This document shows, one piece after another, positions 1 through 9,978 of a stretch of 64,000 bases of DNA. Each line of letters begins with the position of its first letter. Position 1 is the first letter of the stretch. The DNA is from a virus. The notes beneath the pieces are model-generated. The model did not search any database. It was not told the origin of the DNA and saw nothing but the letters and a program-made list of their open reading frames with translations. A program made the position numbers and the translations under genes. Location of the stretch: IMG/VR virus record IMGVR_UViG_3300025812_000003. One strand, 5' to 3'.

Positions 1-357
1 AGCAAGGTCGGGGCGGGATGGGACACCTCGGCCAAGGATGACGACCTCGTCCTGGAGGAAAGGGGGCCGGTCTGGAAGTACTACCACAAGGAGCCCCTCA
101 GCTTTTCCTCCCTCAAGGAGGAGGGCAACTTCTTCGACTGGGTCGGAGAGGCCGAGGAGGTCCGGAACCCGACCACCGGCCAGTACGCATGGACGAAGGA
201 AGAGGCGCTGGAGGCCATACGAAAGGGCGTCGCCCACGGGTTTTCCGCCTCGAACGGTCTTTTTGGGGACGGTCCCTACATCAGCGTCAAGCGGTTCAAG
301 GACCCCGGGCTGGGCGCGAGGATCGCAATCGCCACGCTGGAGGGCTTCAGGGAATAA
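1..357 (+). CDS. hypothetical protein, 3' part (runs off window start)
   Basis: Open frame 1 (SKVGAGWDTSAKDD...LEGFRE*) with codon usage like neighbouring genes. Confidence 0.6.
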   Translation, partial: SKVGAGWDTSAKDDDLVLEERGPVWKYYHKEPLSFSSLKEEGNFFDWVGEAEEVRNPTTGQYAWTKEEALEAIRKGVAHGFSASNGLFGDGPYISVKRFKDPGLGARIAIATLEGFRE

Positions 358-936
358 AGAATCGGGAGCATACACCAAAATGACAATTGGAATGAACAAT
401 GCCAAGAGTTCCGCTCCGGCGAACCTAGTGCTTCCAAAAGCAACCAAGGCCCCCAAAGCCATTGGTAAATCTGTGTCCGTAACCTTAAATGTTGAACTGC
501 GGATACTTATTTTGACTACGGGTTCATGCCCAACGGGCTTTCAGAAGTCCAGATAAGGTAGGGATAAGCCATGTGCCAGCTTTGACCGCAGGCGGCAGCG
601 GCGGTCGCCGCAGGGACGGGGATGGCGATGGTCTGGTGGAAGCACTGGGCATACAAGGCGCTGGGCCTCCTGAGGCTGGCCAGGTCGTGGGCGAGGGGAC
701 TGCATGGGACAAAGCAAAGTTAGCTTGCGGAAGCTGACCATAGTCGAACGGCTATGGATATGGGTCTTTTTGTGCAGGAGCCATGCTTGGGGGAAACCGA
801 AAACCCTCGGATGTGTGCCCTACCCGGCCCCGTTCGATTCCCAACAGTCATGCGAAAAGTGCGCATCTATGCGCCTTTACGATTTCAAGTCCATGCGACC
901 CGGACCGTGTTTTGACCTTTCCTACAACGCAGAGGG

Positions 937-1548
937 ATGGGATGGACTATGGCTCAAATAAAGGACTCTAGCACAAACCGCAGCCGGTTCGTTATGCATT
1001 ACCTGCTCAACGACTTCCAGGATTCGTCAGCGGAGTTCACGGTGAAGCTCGCCGGAATCCTGAAGGAGCACTTTCCCAGGGACCTGTTCTTCCAAGGGGG
1101 GATTCCCTACCCTGCGGGCTTCGTTCCGGGAAAATGGCCCTTCCCGCCCGCCTCGATAGCCATGCCCCCGGGCGTCGCCCCCCATTCTTTGCTGATCGGG
1201 ATCGGGACCGGCGGGAACGTGGCATGCGAGATGCAGGACGATTCGAGGTTCTCGGGTGTCTCCGTGTTCGCCGTTTCCATGCCTTCCGGGATCGACACCC
1301 ATCCAGGAAAGGGTTCCCGCGTCGACCTGAAGGGCTCCCGCGACGGGACGTACGGCCCTTCCGTGCTGCTGCGGCACCACAGAACCCCCAACCCCAATTC
1401 CATCCAGATATACCTCCTGCCGTGCCTGGCCCACGGGCCCGGGCTTGCTGCATACGCCATAGCCTACCTGATCGGGGAGTACCTGATGCGGGAGGACATA
1501 TGCGACTCCGTCATGGCGATAAGCGGCGTCTCCCCTTCCTCTCCATAA
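937..1548 (+). CDS. hypothetical protein
   Basis: 203-aa ORF; true start may be ATG 949. Confidence 0.6.
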   Translation: MGWTMAQIKDSSTNRSRFVMHYLLNDFQDSSAEFTVKLAGILKEHFPRDLFFQGGIPYPAGFVPGKWPFPPASIAMPPGVAPHSLLIGIGTGGNVACEMQDDSRFSGVSVFAVSMPSGIDTHPGKGSRVDLKGSRDGTYGPSVLLRHHRTPNPNSIQIYLLPCLAHGPGLAAYAIAYLIGEYLMREDICDSVMAISGVSPSSP

Positions 1549-1552
1549 TCCC

Positions 1553-1581
1553 TTGCCAAAGGCATCCGAGAAAGGTATAAT
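1553..1581 (+). promoter_or_regulatory. sigma70-type promoter, probably leaderless transcript
   Basis: TTGCCA-17nt-TATAAT; ATG at 1588, 6 nt after the -10. Confidence 0.7.
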
Positions 1582-1587
1582 ATGGGC

Positions 1588-2103
1588 ATGGAAACCCATC
1601 CAAGACTGGCCACCCTGACCTACAAAGGCCGGTGCTACGACGCCGGGGAGGGGGGAGGGGTTTGGTGCGGGCTCTGCGGCAGGCCTTCCGGTAGGCTCGT
1701 CTTCATACTCAAGGGTCCCTTCGGGAATGCGCCCATAGGGAAGTGCTGCTTCGAAATCTTCAAGGCCGCCAATCCGGGAATCCATTCCGCCCTCAAGGCG
1801 AGCCAAGCCTTCCTGGAAGGGGTGGCATGGGCCTCCCACAGGGACGCCAGAAGGCAGGAAGCCATCGCCAGGACATGGGGCAAGGAGGCGGCGTGGAAGG
1901 CGCTTAAAAAGGCCGCCAGGAAGCGCATAGGGGAATACAGGAAGTTCTCCGGGGACCTGAAGTGGCTTCCCAAGCCGCTATTTGACCTTCAGGTGGAGCT
2001 GGGACGGAGGCCCCGCAAGGACTACAAGAGCCCCTCCTCCCTCTCCAGGTGGTACGACCGCCGCAATTCCGCCCTCCGGGCGATATTGTTCCCGCCCGCC
2101 TGA
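1588..2103 (+). CDS. hypothetical protein with CxxC motif
   Basis: ORF directly after promoter; CGLCG...KCC. Confidence 0.6.
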   Translation: METHPRLATLTYKGRCYDAGEGGGVWCGLCGRPSGRLVFILKGPFGNAPIGKCCFEIFKAANPGIHSALKASQAFLEGVAWASHRDARRQEAIARTWGKEAAWKALKKAARKRIGEYRKFSGDLKWLPKPLFDLQVELGRRPRKDYKSPSSLSRWYDRRNSALRAILFPPA

Positions 2104-2152
2104 CCAAAACCTGCGATATTAGTATCTTTAGCTAGAGGAAGGGAGACGGACA

Positions 2153-2452
2153 ATGGCCCTGAAGATGTACCTGCGGGTCAATGGGATGGAGATATCCAAG
2201 GCGTGGGTGCGCAACAAGCTTGAGGACGGCTGCCCCTTCGGGAGGCCCGAAGTGGTCATCGAAGTGCCGCCGACCGAGAGCATCCCGTCCCTGGGGGAGA
2301 TAGCCCTCGACGAGAACCTCGTCCCGGGGATGCCCCGGTTCAGGGTGGAGGTGAGGTACGGGGATTATGGGGACTGGAAGCTCGTGACCCTCCAGGAACT
2401 GGTCGTCATCCTGGCTTCCGGCGAGTCCCCGGGCCAAGAAGTAATGGCGTGA
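2153..2452 (+). CDS. hypothetical protein
   Basis: GGAG SD; overlaps next gene (GTGA). Confidence 0.65.
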   Translation: MALKMYLRVNGMEISKAWVRNKLEDGCPFGRPEVVIEVPPTESIPSLGEIALDENLVPGMPRFRVEVRYGDYGDWKLVTLQELVVILASGESPGQEVMA

Positions 2453-2760
2453 ACTTCGAAGCCATCATGTTCCGCGACGACCAGGTCCCCGAGGACTACG
2501 ACCTGGGCGAGCCGCCATCAGAACTATTGGCTCCTTTGGAAGGGGGATGGGACGGGGGTTGCGACGTGGGCATCTTTGACTTCCTGGAGGACGAGGAAGA
2601 ACTGGACGACTCGGAGCCGACGGGCCACGAGGAGAGGGACGACGACTACCTCCTGGAGGAACTCGAAGTCGGCGAGGACGGGCACATCGTAGGGCACCGG
2701 AAGCGGAAGAAGAAAGAGGAAGAGGCGGAAGACTCGGTATTTTGTTGGTGGGATGAATGA
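2449..2760 (+). CDS. highly acidic hypothetical protein
   Basis: GTG start coupled to upstream stop; D/E-rich. Confidence 0.6.
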   Translation: MNFEAIMFRDDQVPEDYDLGEPPSELLAPLEGGWDGGCDVGIFDFLEDEEELDDSEPTGHEERDDDYLLEELEVGEDGHIVGHRKRKKKEEEAEDSVFCWWDE

Positions 2761-4726
2761 CGAACGGACAGCCTGCCCCCTCGTAACGGAATACACCAGC
2801 CAGCTTGGGATAGACCCCAAAACCCTTGAAAAACTATACCTTGTCCGCAAGTGGGACGTCCGCGACGACAATCCCATCCCGTTCAAATGGCCCTCCCTGC
2901 TCCGCACGAAAATCCTCAACCTCGACACCGAGAAGGAGGAGGAGCCCCTCGTCCTGAGGCAATACCAACTACAGGCGATCCACCACCTCGTCAGGATGAA
3001 CCGGTTCCTGGTGGGCGACAGCGTGGGCCTCAGGAAGACCAGCGACGCCATCGCCGCCGCTTGCTGGCTGAAGGACAGAATCCAGGAACTCAAGGTGCTG
3101 GTGGTGACGACAAAGTCGACGACGTACCAATGGTTCGACGAGGTGCGCCGGTTCAGCCTCCTCCGCCCGTTCGTCATGCGCGACCGCTACCGGGGGCTGA
3201 AGGGCTCCGAGGCGAGGTACCAGCAGCTCCGCGATTTCCTGGCCGGCGTCAAGAAGGACGTGCTCATCGCCAAGTACTCCTCCATGATCGGCACCCGCAA
3301 GAGGATAGAGGGAAAGTTCGACGAGGACGGGATGCCGGTAAGGAACAAAAGGGAGGCGGTCTCCAGGGAGATCAGGACGTTCGCCGAGATACTCAAGGCG
3401 GACGGGCACCGGGTCGCCCTGATATTCGACGAGGCCCACCGGTTCAAGACGCCCGGCACGCAGACTCGCGCCCTGGTGATATACCTCAACAGACCATGCC
3501 GCTGGGCATGGGGGCTCACCGGCACCGCCATGAAGAACTCCCTGGACGAGTTCTACGCGGCGATAAGCGCCCTCGGCGTCAGGCCGTTCGGGAACATGTG
3601 GGAGTTCGGGGAGGAGTTCTGCATATTCCACAAGCAGTACGTCGGCAACGGCATCAACAAGCGGGTCCTGGACGGGTACAAGAACGTCGACAAGTTCAAG
3701 AGGGGGATACGCCCGTTCTACCTCGGCCGGAGCCAGGCGCAGGTCAAGGAGCCGCTGCCGGTCCTCGACACCACCTACCATCCCGTGGACCTGGACGACA
3801 GGCAGGCAAAGTTGCTCCTGGAGGACATACCCTCCGGGGCATACGTCCTCCCGCCCTCCCTGATTAGGGTGCACGGAGAGGTGTTCGAGAAGGAGCGGAA
3901 TCCCAGCAACGCGATGACGATGCTGAGCGTCCAGCAGCTCATCGCCAACCATTGGGCGCTCATAGACCCGTCCGACGAAAAGCGGTTCTTCTCCCCCGTG
4001 CTCTCGCCCAAGGAGGAGGCGCTGCTCGACCTCCTGGATGGTGACCTGAAGGGGGAGAAGGTAATCGTCTTCACGAAGTTCCTGAGGCACATCAACCGCC
4101 TGGATCGCCTTACCCAGGCTGGCAAGTTCACCTCCCGCAGGTTCCTCCGCATAACGGGCCCCGAGGGCGAAAAGCGGAGGAACGCGGCCAAGCGCCTCTT
4201 CCAGGAGAGCCCGGATCACGACCTGATATTCATCAATGCGGCCGGCATCGAGGGCCTCAACCTCCAGCAGGCGGCCCACATGGTGTGCCTGGACCTGCCG
4301 TGGTCGTGGGGGGACCTCCTCCAACTCGTGGGCAGGATGGTGAGGTCCGCCTCCCCCCACACCACCTGCACCCTCCACATCCTCGTGGCCAGGGGCACGG
4401 TGGACGAGTACACGATAGACGTCCTGAAGGGCAAGAAGGGCGTGTTCGACGTGATCCTCGGGGAGAGCCACAGCGGGGGGCTGCTCGGGGAGGGCGGGGA
4501 GCTGGACCTCGAAAGCGGCATGGAATGCGGGACCGACGAGGAGTTCAAGCTGGAGATGCTGCGCAAGGCACACAAGCGCACCACCTCGATGAAGCGGTTC
4601 CTGGAGGGGGACCTCATCCTGGAGGCCAGGTCCGGGGACCAATACCTCATGGGGTTCGAGAAAAAAGGACGGGAAGACGGTAATAAGGCAGCATGGGCAG
4701 CCGTGGAGGAGGATGGCGAGCTATGA
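2753..4726 (+). CDS. SNF2-family (SF2) helicase/ATPase
   Basis: LRQYQ, motif I variant GDSVGLRKT, DEAH, LTGT, GIEGLNLQQA, QLVGRMVR. Confidence 0.9.
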   Translation: MNDERTACPLVTEYTSQLGIDPKTLEKLYLVRKWDVRDDNPIPFKWPSLLRTKILNLDTEKEEEPLVLRQYQLQAIHHLVRMNRFLVGDSVGLRKTSDAIAAACWLKDRIQELKVLVVTTKSTTYQWFDEVRRFSLLRPFVMRDRYRGLKGSEARYQQLRDFLAGVKKDVLIAKYSSMIGTRKRIEGKFDEDGMPVRNKREAVSREIRTFAEILKADGHRVALIFDEAHRFKTPGTQTRALVIYLNRPCRWAWGLTGTAMKNSLDEFYAAISALGVRPFGNMWEFGEEFCIFHKQYVGNGINKRVLDGYKNVDKFKRGIRPFYLGRSQAQVKEPLPVLDTTYHPVDLDDRQAKLLLEDIPSGAYVLPPSLIRVHGEVFEKERNPSNAMTMLSVQQLIANHWALIDPSDEKRFFSPVLSPKEEALLDLLDGDLKGEKVIVFTKFLRHINRLDRLTQAGKFTSRRFLRITGPEGEKRRNAAKRLFQESPDHDLIFINAAGIEGLNLQQAAHMVCLDLPWSWGDLLQLVGRMVRSASPHTTCTLHILVARGTVDEYTIDVLKGKKGVFDVILGESHSGGLLGEGGELDLESGMECGTDEEFKLEMLRKAHKRTTSMKRFLEGDLILEARSGDQYLMGFEKKGREDGNKAAWAAVEEDGEL

Positions 4727-4781
4727 GCATGCGAAACGTGCCGGACACAGCCCCAAGGCAGTCCCGAAGGAGAGGAACGAC

Positions 4782-5096
4782 ATGGGAAACCTGATCATCC
4801 AGTCGGTGACGATAAGCATCGAACTAGCGGACAAGGAGTACGGGAACGGGATTGGCAGGTTCCTGAACCTGAAGGGCTCCTACCAGGACGGCGTGACGCT
4901 GGAGGGCGTCGGCTCCGTTATCGAGGACTCCCTCGACATGTTTCTGGCCGCATGGAAATCCTTGCTGTGCAGCAAGTTCGCCCATGGATGCATGGGCGGA
5001 AAAGACCTCAAGGCAAAGTTCGAGGATGCCGTTGCAAAGACGGAAAAGGTAAAGAGCTACCTGAGGAGGGTGGATGGACAGCAACCCGGTGCTTGA
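4782..5096 (+). CDS. hypothetical protein
   Basis: GAGG SD, in operon. Confidence 0.6.
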   Translation: MGNLIIQSVTISIELADKEYGNGIGRFLNLKGSYQDGVTLEGVGSVIEDSLDMFLAAWKSLLCSKFAHGCMGGKDLKAKFEDAVAKTEKVKSYLRRVDGQQPGA

Positions 5097-5895
5097 GGCG
5101 CTCAAGGCGGAGTCCCTTCTGGAGGGCTCCCACGTCCTCGGGCAGATCGCAAAGATAAGGTGGGAGCTTTCCTACACGTCTAACGGGGACGCGGTGTCGT
5201 ACGACGACCTGTATGCCCGGCTGGCGGCCGAGGTGGACGCCCTGCCCAGGCTCGGCCTGGACCTCAGCGTTGCCCCGGGGACTGAGGGTCAATACACCGT
5301 CCAGCTCACCATGGCGATGGAGAAGGTTGCGGACGACTGCGAGCGGGTGTCCCAGCTCATAAGCAACTTTGAGTCCAGAGTGTGTGATGCCGCAGGAAAG
5401 CTGAAAAGGCTCCACGGGGAGTTCGAGGCGTGGTATGCGCTTGCCGCCAACCAGGTCGTCAACGACCTAGCCCAGCCCAGGGCCCGCCTGTCCTCGCTTC
5501 AGGTCAACCGCCTTGCGGACTCCGAGTTCTCCCGCCTGATAGGCGGCCTCGACGTGACGCTGGGCAGCATGCTCAGCGCCGTGAAGCTCCTCAAGATGGA
5601 GATCAAGGAGCACAAGAAGACGCAGATGGAAAAGTACTCCCTGGGCAAGGACCAAGTGAACGCCGCATGGACCAGCCAGATGCCCCTGTTCAACGACGGG
5701 GACGACATCTCCAGGGACGACCCGGGCAGGCTCCTGGACAGGAAGGCGCTCGAAACGGAGGAGGAAGTGCCGGACGACCTACCGGCCTACGTGTCGTCAC
5801 CCGCGGCGTCGCCCCCCGTCGAGGTCAAGGGGACGTTCTTCAAGGCCGGGACCCCCAGGCCAACGCATCTCATAGAGGAGGATGTCCATGCCTAA
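5074..5895 (+). CDS. hypothetical helical protein
   Basis: 273-aa ORF with GGAGG SD. Confidence 0.7.
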   Translation: MDSNPVLEALKAESLLEGSHVLGQIAKIRWELSYTSNGDAVSYDDLYARLAAEVDALPRLGLDLSVAPGTEGQYTVQLTMAMEKVADDCERVSQLISNFESRVCDAAGKLKRLHGEFEAWYALAANQVVNDLAQPRARLSSLQVNRLADSEFSRLIGGLDVTLGSMLSAVKLLKMEIKEHKKTQMEKYSLGKDQVNAAWTSQMPLFNDGDDISRDDPGRLLDRKALETEEEVPDDLPAYVSSPAASPPVEVKGTFFKAGTPRPTHLIEEDVHA

Positions 5896-6127
5896 GGCAA
5901 AGTTGGGCAAGAAAGCAATGCCCAGTCGCCGTCCCTTCCAGGACGACCCCGGGAAATGGAGAAGGACCCGGCCCTACTTGGAGATGTGGAGCTGCCCGGA
6001 GGGCATACCGGCACGACTGATGCATCGGGAACTCAAAACCCTGACTTCGGGCCTTTCCGACGACCAAGCAGTGACCTTCCACTTCGTGGTCTGCCAGATG
6101 CCCCCGTTTTTGGGTGTCGTGCGATAG
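5882..6127 (+). CDS. hypothetical protein
   Basis: GAGGAGG SD. Confidence 0.5.
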   Translation: MSMPKAKLGKKAMPSRRPFQDDPGKWRRTRPYLEMWSCPEGIPARLMHRELKTLTSGLSDDQAVTFHFVVCQMPPFLGVVR

Positions 6128-6150
6128 GAAGAATCCGAAAGGAGCGGGCG

Positions 6151-6399
6151 ATGTACTGCGAAAACTGCAAAAGCATAGTAGTGTGGAATTTCTGCTCCAC
6201 GTGCGGGAGGAAGGGCCCGAAACCATGGGACGTCCGCTGCCCACGCTGTGGGATAGGATGGAGCGCTTTGCCTTCAAAGGTCTACTGCGCAAACTGCGGC
6301 TGGAAGCTCGACGAGCCATACACCCCCCCTCCGTCCGGGCTCAGGTCGCTGATGGACCGGCTGATCAAGTCCTTCAACCCAGACTATGGTAAAGATTGA
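6151..6399 (+). CDS. zinc-ribbon protein
   Basis: Four CxxC pairs (CENC, CSTC, CPRC, CANC); AGGAG SD. Confidence 0.6.
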   Translation: MYCENCKSIVVWNFCSTCGRKGPKPWDVRCPRCGIGWSALPSKVYCANCGWKLDEPYTPPPSGLRSLMDRLIKSFNPDYGKD

Positions 6400-6874
6400 G
6401 GTAGACCCCGGTTTCCGGGGGCCCACGATTGCCGAGCTTGAGCCCGTCGTCCAGGACATACCGGACGATCCCCTCAGGGTGAGATGGGGAGGGACGAGGG
6501 AGGAAACCAAGCTCCTGGAGTCCCACGGGAACAGGAACTTCGTGCTGTGCGTGGCGGGGATGGAGGAGATGGGCGCGGCGGCGGGGATGCTCGGTGCCGC
6601 CCTCCAGATGGAGGGAAGGATCCTGGGCGGAGGCGGGAACGCCCTGGCCAGCAAGAAGGCGTACAACTGGAAGACGTTCTCCGAAGGCATAGGCCCCTCG
6701 GCGACCAGGAGCTTGGTGGTCAAGCTCGCCGCGGACTCCGTGCGGCAGGGGAAGCAGCCCGTGCTGGCGAGGGTGGCGGCGGACGTGCTCCTCGGGAAGG
6801 CGAGCCCGATGGACGCCGACGTCCTGATCCGCCTGCGCCCGGCAAGGCAAAGGCTGACCGGGGAGCCTGCATAG
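6386..6874 (+). CDS. hypothetical protein
   Basis: 162-aa ORF in operon. Confidence 0.6.
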   Translation: MVKIEVDPGFRGPTIAELEPVVQDIPDDPLRVRWGGTREETKLLESHGNRNFVLCVAGMEEMGAAAGMLGAALQMEGRILGGGGNALASKKAYNWKTFSEGIGPSATRSLVVKLAADSVRQGKQPVLARVAADVLLGKASPMDADVLIRLRPARQRLTGEPA

Positions 6875-6875
6875 C

Positions 6876-7661
6876 ATGCGCAGGAAGATGGGCAAGAAAC
6901 CCGAGGTGGGCTGGACGGAAAGGGACGTGGTGATCGCCCTGGCCAAGCGCTATCCCGACCCGGAATGGGCGTTCTTCCCCCAGGCCCGAAGCGGTACGGG
7001 ATACATCAGTTCCCTGAGGACGGCGGATGCCATTGCAATGAACCTCTGGCCATCGAGGGGGATGGAGGTGCATGGCTTCGAGGTTAAGGTTAACCGCAGC
7101 GACTTCCTCAACGAATTGAGGAATCCCGAGAAGGCGGACTCCATAGCCCGCTATTGCGACCGTTGGTGGCTGGTCATAGCGGGAGGATATGGAGACGAGG
7201 AAGCTAATATCGTCCGTTCCGGGGAGCTTCCCCCCGCATGGGGCCTGCTGGTGATGCACGGGAACGTGCTGAAGTGCGACGTGGAGGCCCCCAAGCTGGA
7301 GGCCCTGCCGCTCGACCGGCACTTCGTGGCCTCCCTGCTCCGTAACCAGGCCCAGTGCCCGAACAAGGAATTGCGGGAAAAGTACGAAGAGGGACTGAAA
7401 CAGGGCGAGGAGATGGCCAGGAGGGAATCCCGGAGGCTGCGGGAGGACGTGGAGAAGTTCGAGGCGGCATCGGGGATAAAGATGGCGGATTCGTGGAGTA
7501 TTGGCAACGTAGGCAGGGCGGTGAAGGTCCTCACGGGGATGCGCTACGACGTGGCGCACATCCGGGATTCAGCCGCCAGGGCGCAGACCATCGCCGACAT
7601 GCTGAGGTCGATGGTGGATGACTCGGGGCTCGGGCCCCTCGCGGACAAGACGGAGGAATGA
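6876..7661 (+). CDS. PD-(D/E)XK nuclease, MmcB-like
   Basis: ADAIAMNLWPSRG...GFEVKVNRSDFLNEL. Confidence 0.75.
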   Translation: MRRKMGKKPEVGWTERDVVIALAKRYPDPEWAFFPQARSGTGYISSLRTADAIAMNLWPSRGMEVHGFEVKVNRSDFLNELRNPEKADSIARYCDRWWLVIAGGYGDEEANIVRSGELPPAWGLLVMHGNVLKCDVEAPKLEALPLDRHFVASLLRNQAQCPNKELREKYEEGLKQGEEMARRESRRLREDVEKFEAASGIKMADSWSIGNVGRAVKVLTGMRYDVAHIRDSAARAQTIADMLRSMVDDSGLGPLADKTEE

Positions 7662-7665
7662 TGCC

Positions 7666-8040
7666 ATGAACATCGGCTACGAAAGAAACGCCAAGAAAAG
7701 GGCTTCGGAGATGGTCGCCAAGCATGGCGTGCCGGTGTATTCGGAGCTGTCGCCGAACGAGCAAGTGCAGCAGGCGGGCTGCAAGCACGACAGTTGGCCG
7801 ACCATCGTGGGCCCCGACCAGGAGTGCTGGGTCAAGGCCCGGGTTAGGACGGCCATGCGCGCCGCGCTGCTGATAAACAAATCGGCCAGCGTGAGGGCGG
7901 ACGAGGACATCGTCCTCTGCGCCCTGGAGGGGGTGGCCAACGGGGCGGCAGTCGAGATAATCAGGACGCTCGGCATGGAACCGGGGTTCGTGAACCTGCG
8001 CCGCCCGCCGGGCAGGTCAAGCCGAAGAATGGTTGGTTAA
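7666..8040 (+). CDS. hypothetical protein
   Basis: GGAGG SD. Confidence 0.55.
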   Translation: MNIGYERNAKKRASEMVAKHGVPVYSELSPNEQVQQAGCKHDSWPTIVGPDQECWVKARVRTAMRAALLINKSASVRADEDIVLCALEGVANGAAVEIIRTLGMEPGFVNLRRPPGRSSRRMVG

Positions 8041-8146
8041 GCCGGATCGCCAGCGCGACGCTGGCGGTAACCGCAGAAGGAAGGCTGGGCGACGGTGCTC
8101 CCGGAGGGCTTCGGCCAGCCATCTCAACATCGAAGGCATGTAACTT

Positions 8147-8623
8147 ATGTCAGAAAGAACCATAGTAAGCATGAACGACCAGATGAACCTCGACTTCATC
8201 GAGGGCATGACCAACCGCATGGAGACGGCCCTCTACTCCTATGGGGAGTACAAGGCGAACTACCTTGGCCGGTACAACAAGGAGTTCCTGAGGGACGTCA
8301 AGGCGGCCCTCGGCGGGATCGTCAAGAAATACAAGCGGGACAACCCGAGCACGACCGCCAACTGCAATTCCGTGGTGGCCGCCATCGAGCGCCTGCTCCT
8401 CTACCTGGTCGGGGGCGACACCCGGAAGGGAACGGTGAAGGCCGGGAACACCGAATACCTCATGGACTCCGCGAACCAGCTCATGATCGAGTTCTCGTTC
8501 CCGCAGGTCCCGAAGGCCGGGTTCGAGGCTGGCGATTCTTCGTCTTCCCCCGGGCTCGTGGGCCACCCCGAGAGGGAGGCCGAGGTGGCGGCCGGTCAGG
8601 TGTATCAAAGGCAGGGGGATTAG
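8147..8623 (+). CDS. hypothetical protein
   Basis: 158-aa ORF. Confidence 0.6.
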   Translation: MSERTIVSMNDQMNLDFIEGMTNRMETALYSYGEYKANYLGRYNKEFLRDVKAALGGIVKKYKRDNPSTTANCNSVVAAIERLLLYLVGGDTRKGTVKAGNTEYLMDSANQLMIEFSFPQVPKAGFEAGDSSSSPGLVGHPEREAEVAAGQVYQRQGD

Positions 8624-8629
8624 CGATTT

Positions 8630-9313
8630 ATGGAAAAGTTCAAAACGCTCATCATTGATCCTCCCTGGCCATACGAAAGGGCATCGGGAAACAGCAAACT
8701 TTCGGGGTATGTAATCCAGGAAGGAAACTCCAAGTATAAGACCCTCACCATCAGTGACTTAAAAAAACTTCCTATCAACGATGTCATGCACCCAGATGAG
8801 GCATACGTATTCCTCTGGACGACCGGCTCCTTTACCGAGGATGCCTACGGGTTGATGAGGGCGTGGGGATTTATCCCGAAAACCCAGTTGTGCTGGTGCA
8901 AGAGCGACAAAGGATTGGGGGTCGGGTATTGGTTCCGGGGCAACCATGAGCTAGTGCTGGTGGGCAAGAGGGCCGCCGCTCCGTCCATTCGAACTGGAGA
9001 AAGTTCCCTCATCATCCATCCGAGGATAGGGCACTCCACAAAGCCCGCCACCCTCCATGAAATAATTGAAAAAAGGCGGGAACCCTATACCAGGAAGGAC
9101 AAGAACGGGGACATCCTTGGCGTCGTTCCTACCAGCTTTCCCGGTCCTTTTTTGGAGATATTTGCTAGGGAGAAACGGGACGGTTGGACCGTTCTTGGCA
9201 ACGAGGCACCAGGGGACCTTGGGGACATCAGGGACACGTTGCCCGAACTGATAACTAGAATCAACAGCAAGCCTGCGGACACTCCCGTAATCACGAATGA
9301 AGTGGCCCCATGA
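8630..9313 (+). CDS. MT-A70-family N6-adenine methyltransferase
   Basis: IIDPPW, FLWTT, WGF...W.K, GYWFRGNHE, HSTKP, LEIFARE..GW.V.GNE. Confidence 0.88.
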   Translation: MEKFKTLIIDPPWPYERASGNSKLSGYVIQEGNSKYKTLTISDLKKLPINDVMHPDEAYVFLWTTGSFTEDAYGLMRAWGFIPKTQLCWCKSDKGLGVGYWFRGNHELVLVGKRAAAPSIRTGESSLIIHPRIGHSTKPATLHEIIEKRREPYTRKDKNGDILGVVPTSFPGPFLEIFAREKRDGWTVLGNEAPGDLGDIRDTLPELITRINSKPADTPVITNEVAP

Positions 9314-9897
9314 CCGACGACACTGACAATACGGGCAAGCTTGGGGTGAGGCTGGTCATGGAGTACCTTGGTCAGGACAAGAACGCGCAGATTGAATTGG
9401 TTGATTTCGACCCAGCCCAAGATTTTGAAAGTCAATTCCAGTTGCGATGCGGGGATGTGAGACTTACCACCAAACGGGGGACATACAACATCGAAATTAA
9501 GACCGAGTGTTCCGACAAGTTCGGGAATCTATTCATCGAAACGTGGAGCGACAGGAGGAACAAACGGCGCGGCTGGCTCCATAACCTCACGGAGTGCCAT
9601 GGGCTGTTTTACGTTTTTCTCAAGCAAAGGATAGTCTATGTCATGAACTTCGAGAAACTTCGGCATTTCGACCTGACCCCCTATGACGAGAAACTCCAAA
9701 TGACGCATCCGCAAGACAACGAAACATGGGGCCATCCAATTCCCATCAAGGACCTTCTTGCTGCTGGCGTCATCGTCTTGGTCATAAAGAAGACATCCCC
9801 CGAGGATGCGCCCGTTCCGGTATTCGAGAGCACGCATAACTACGGCGATCCGGAATACACCCCCAGGGATTGCTCCTGGAGAGAGCTGGACGGCTAG
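9310..9897 (+). CDS. putative PD-(D/E)XK nuclease
   Basis: GDVRL...IEIKTE...GNLFIETWS..RGWL; ATGA-coupled to the MTase. Confidence 0.6.
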   Translation: MTDDTDNTGKLGVRLVMEYLGQDKNAQIELVDFDPAQDFESQFQLRCGDVRLTTKRGTYNIEIKTECSDKFGNLFIETWSDRRNKRRGWLHNLTECHGLFYVFLKQRIVYVMNFEKLRHFDLTPYDEKLQMTHPQDNETWGHPIPIKDLLAAGVIVLVIKKTSPEDAPVPVFESTHNYGDPEYTPRDCSWRELDG

Positions 9898-9978
9898 GCA
9901 ACCCCAAGAAGGCTGCGTATCCGTTTGAATCAAATCAAGCGGTATTAACCATCCGATGGGTTTTGTCAGTGACCATAT

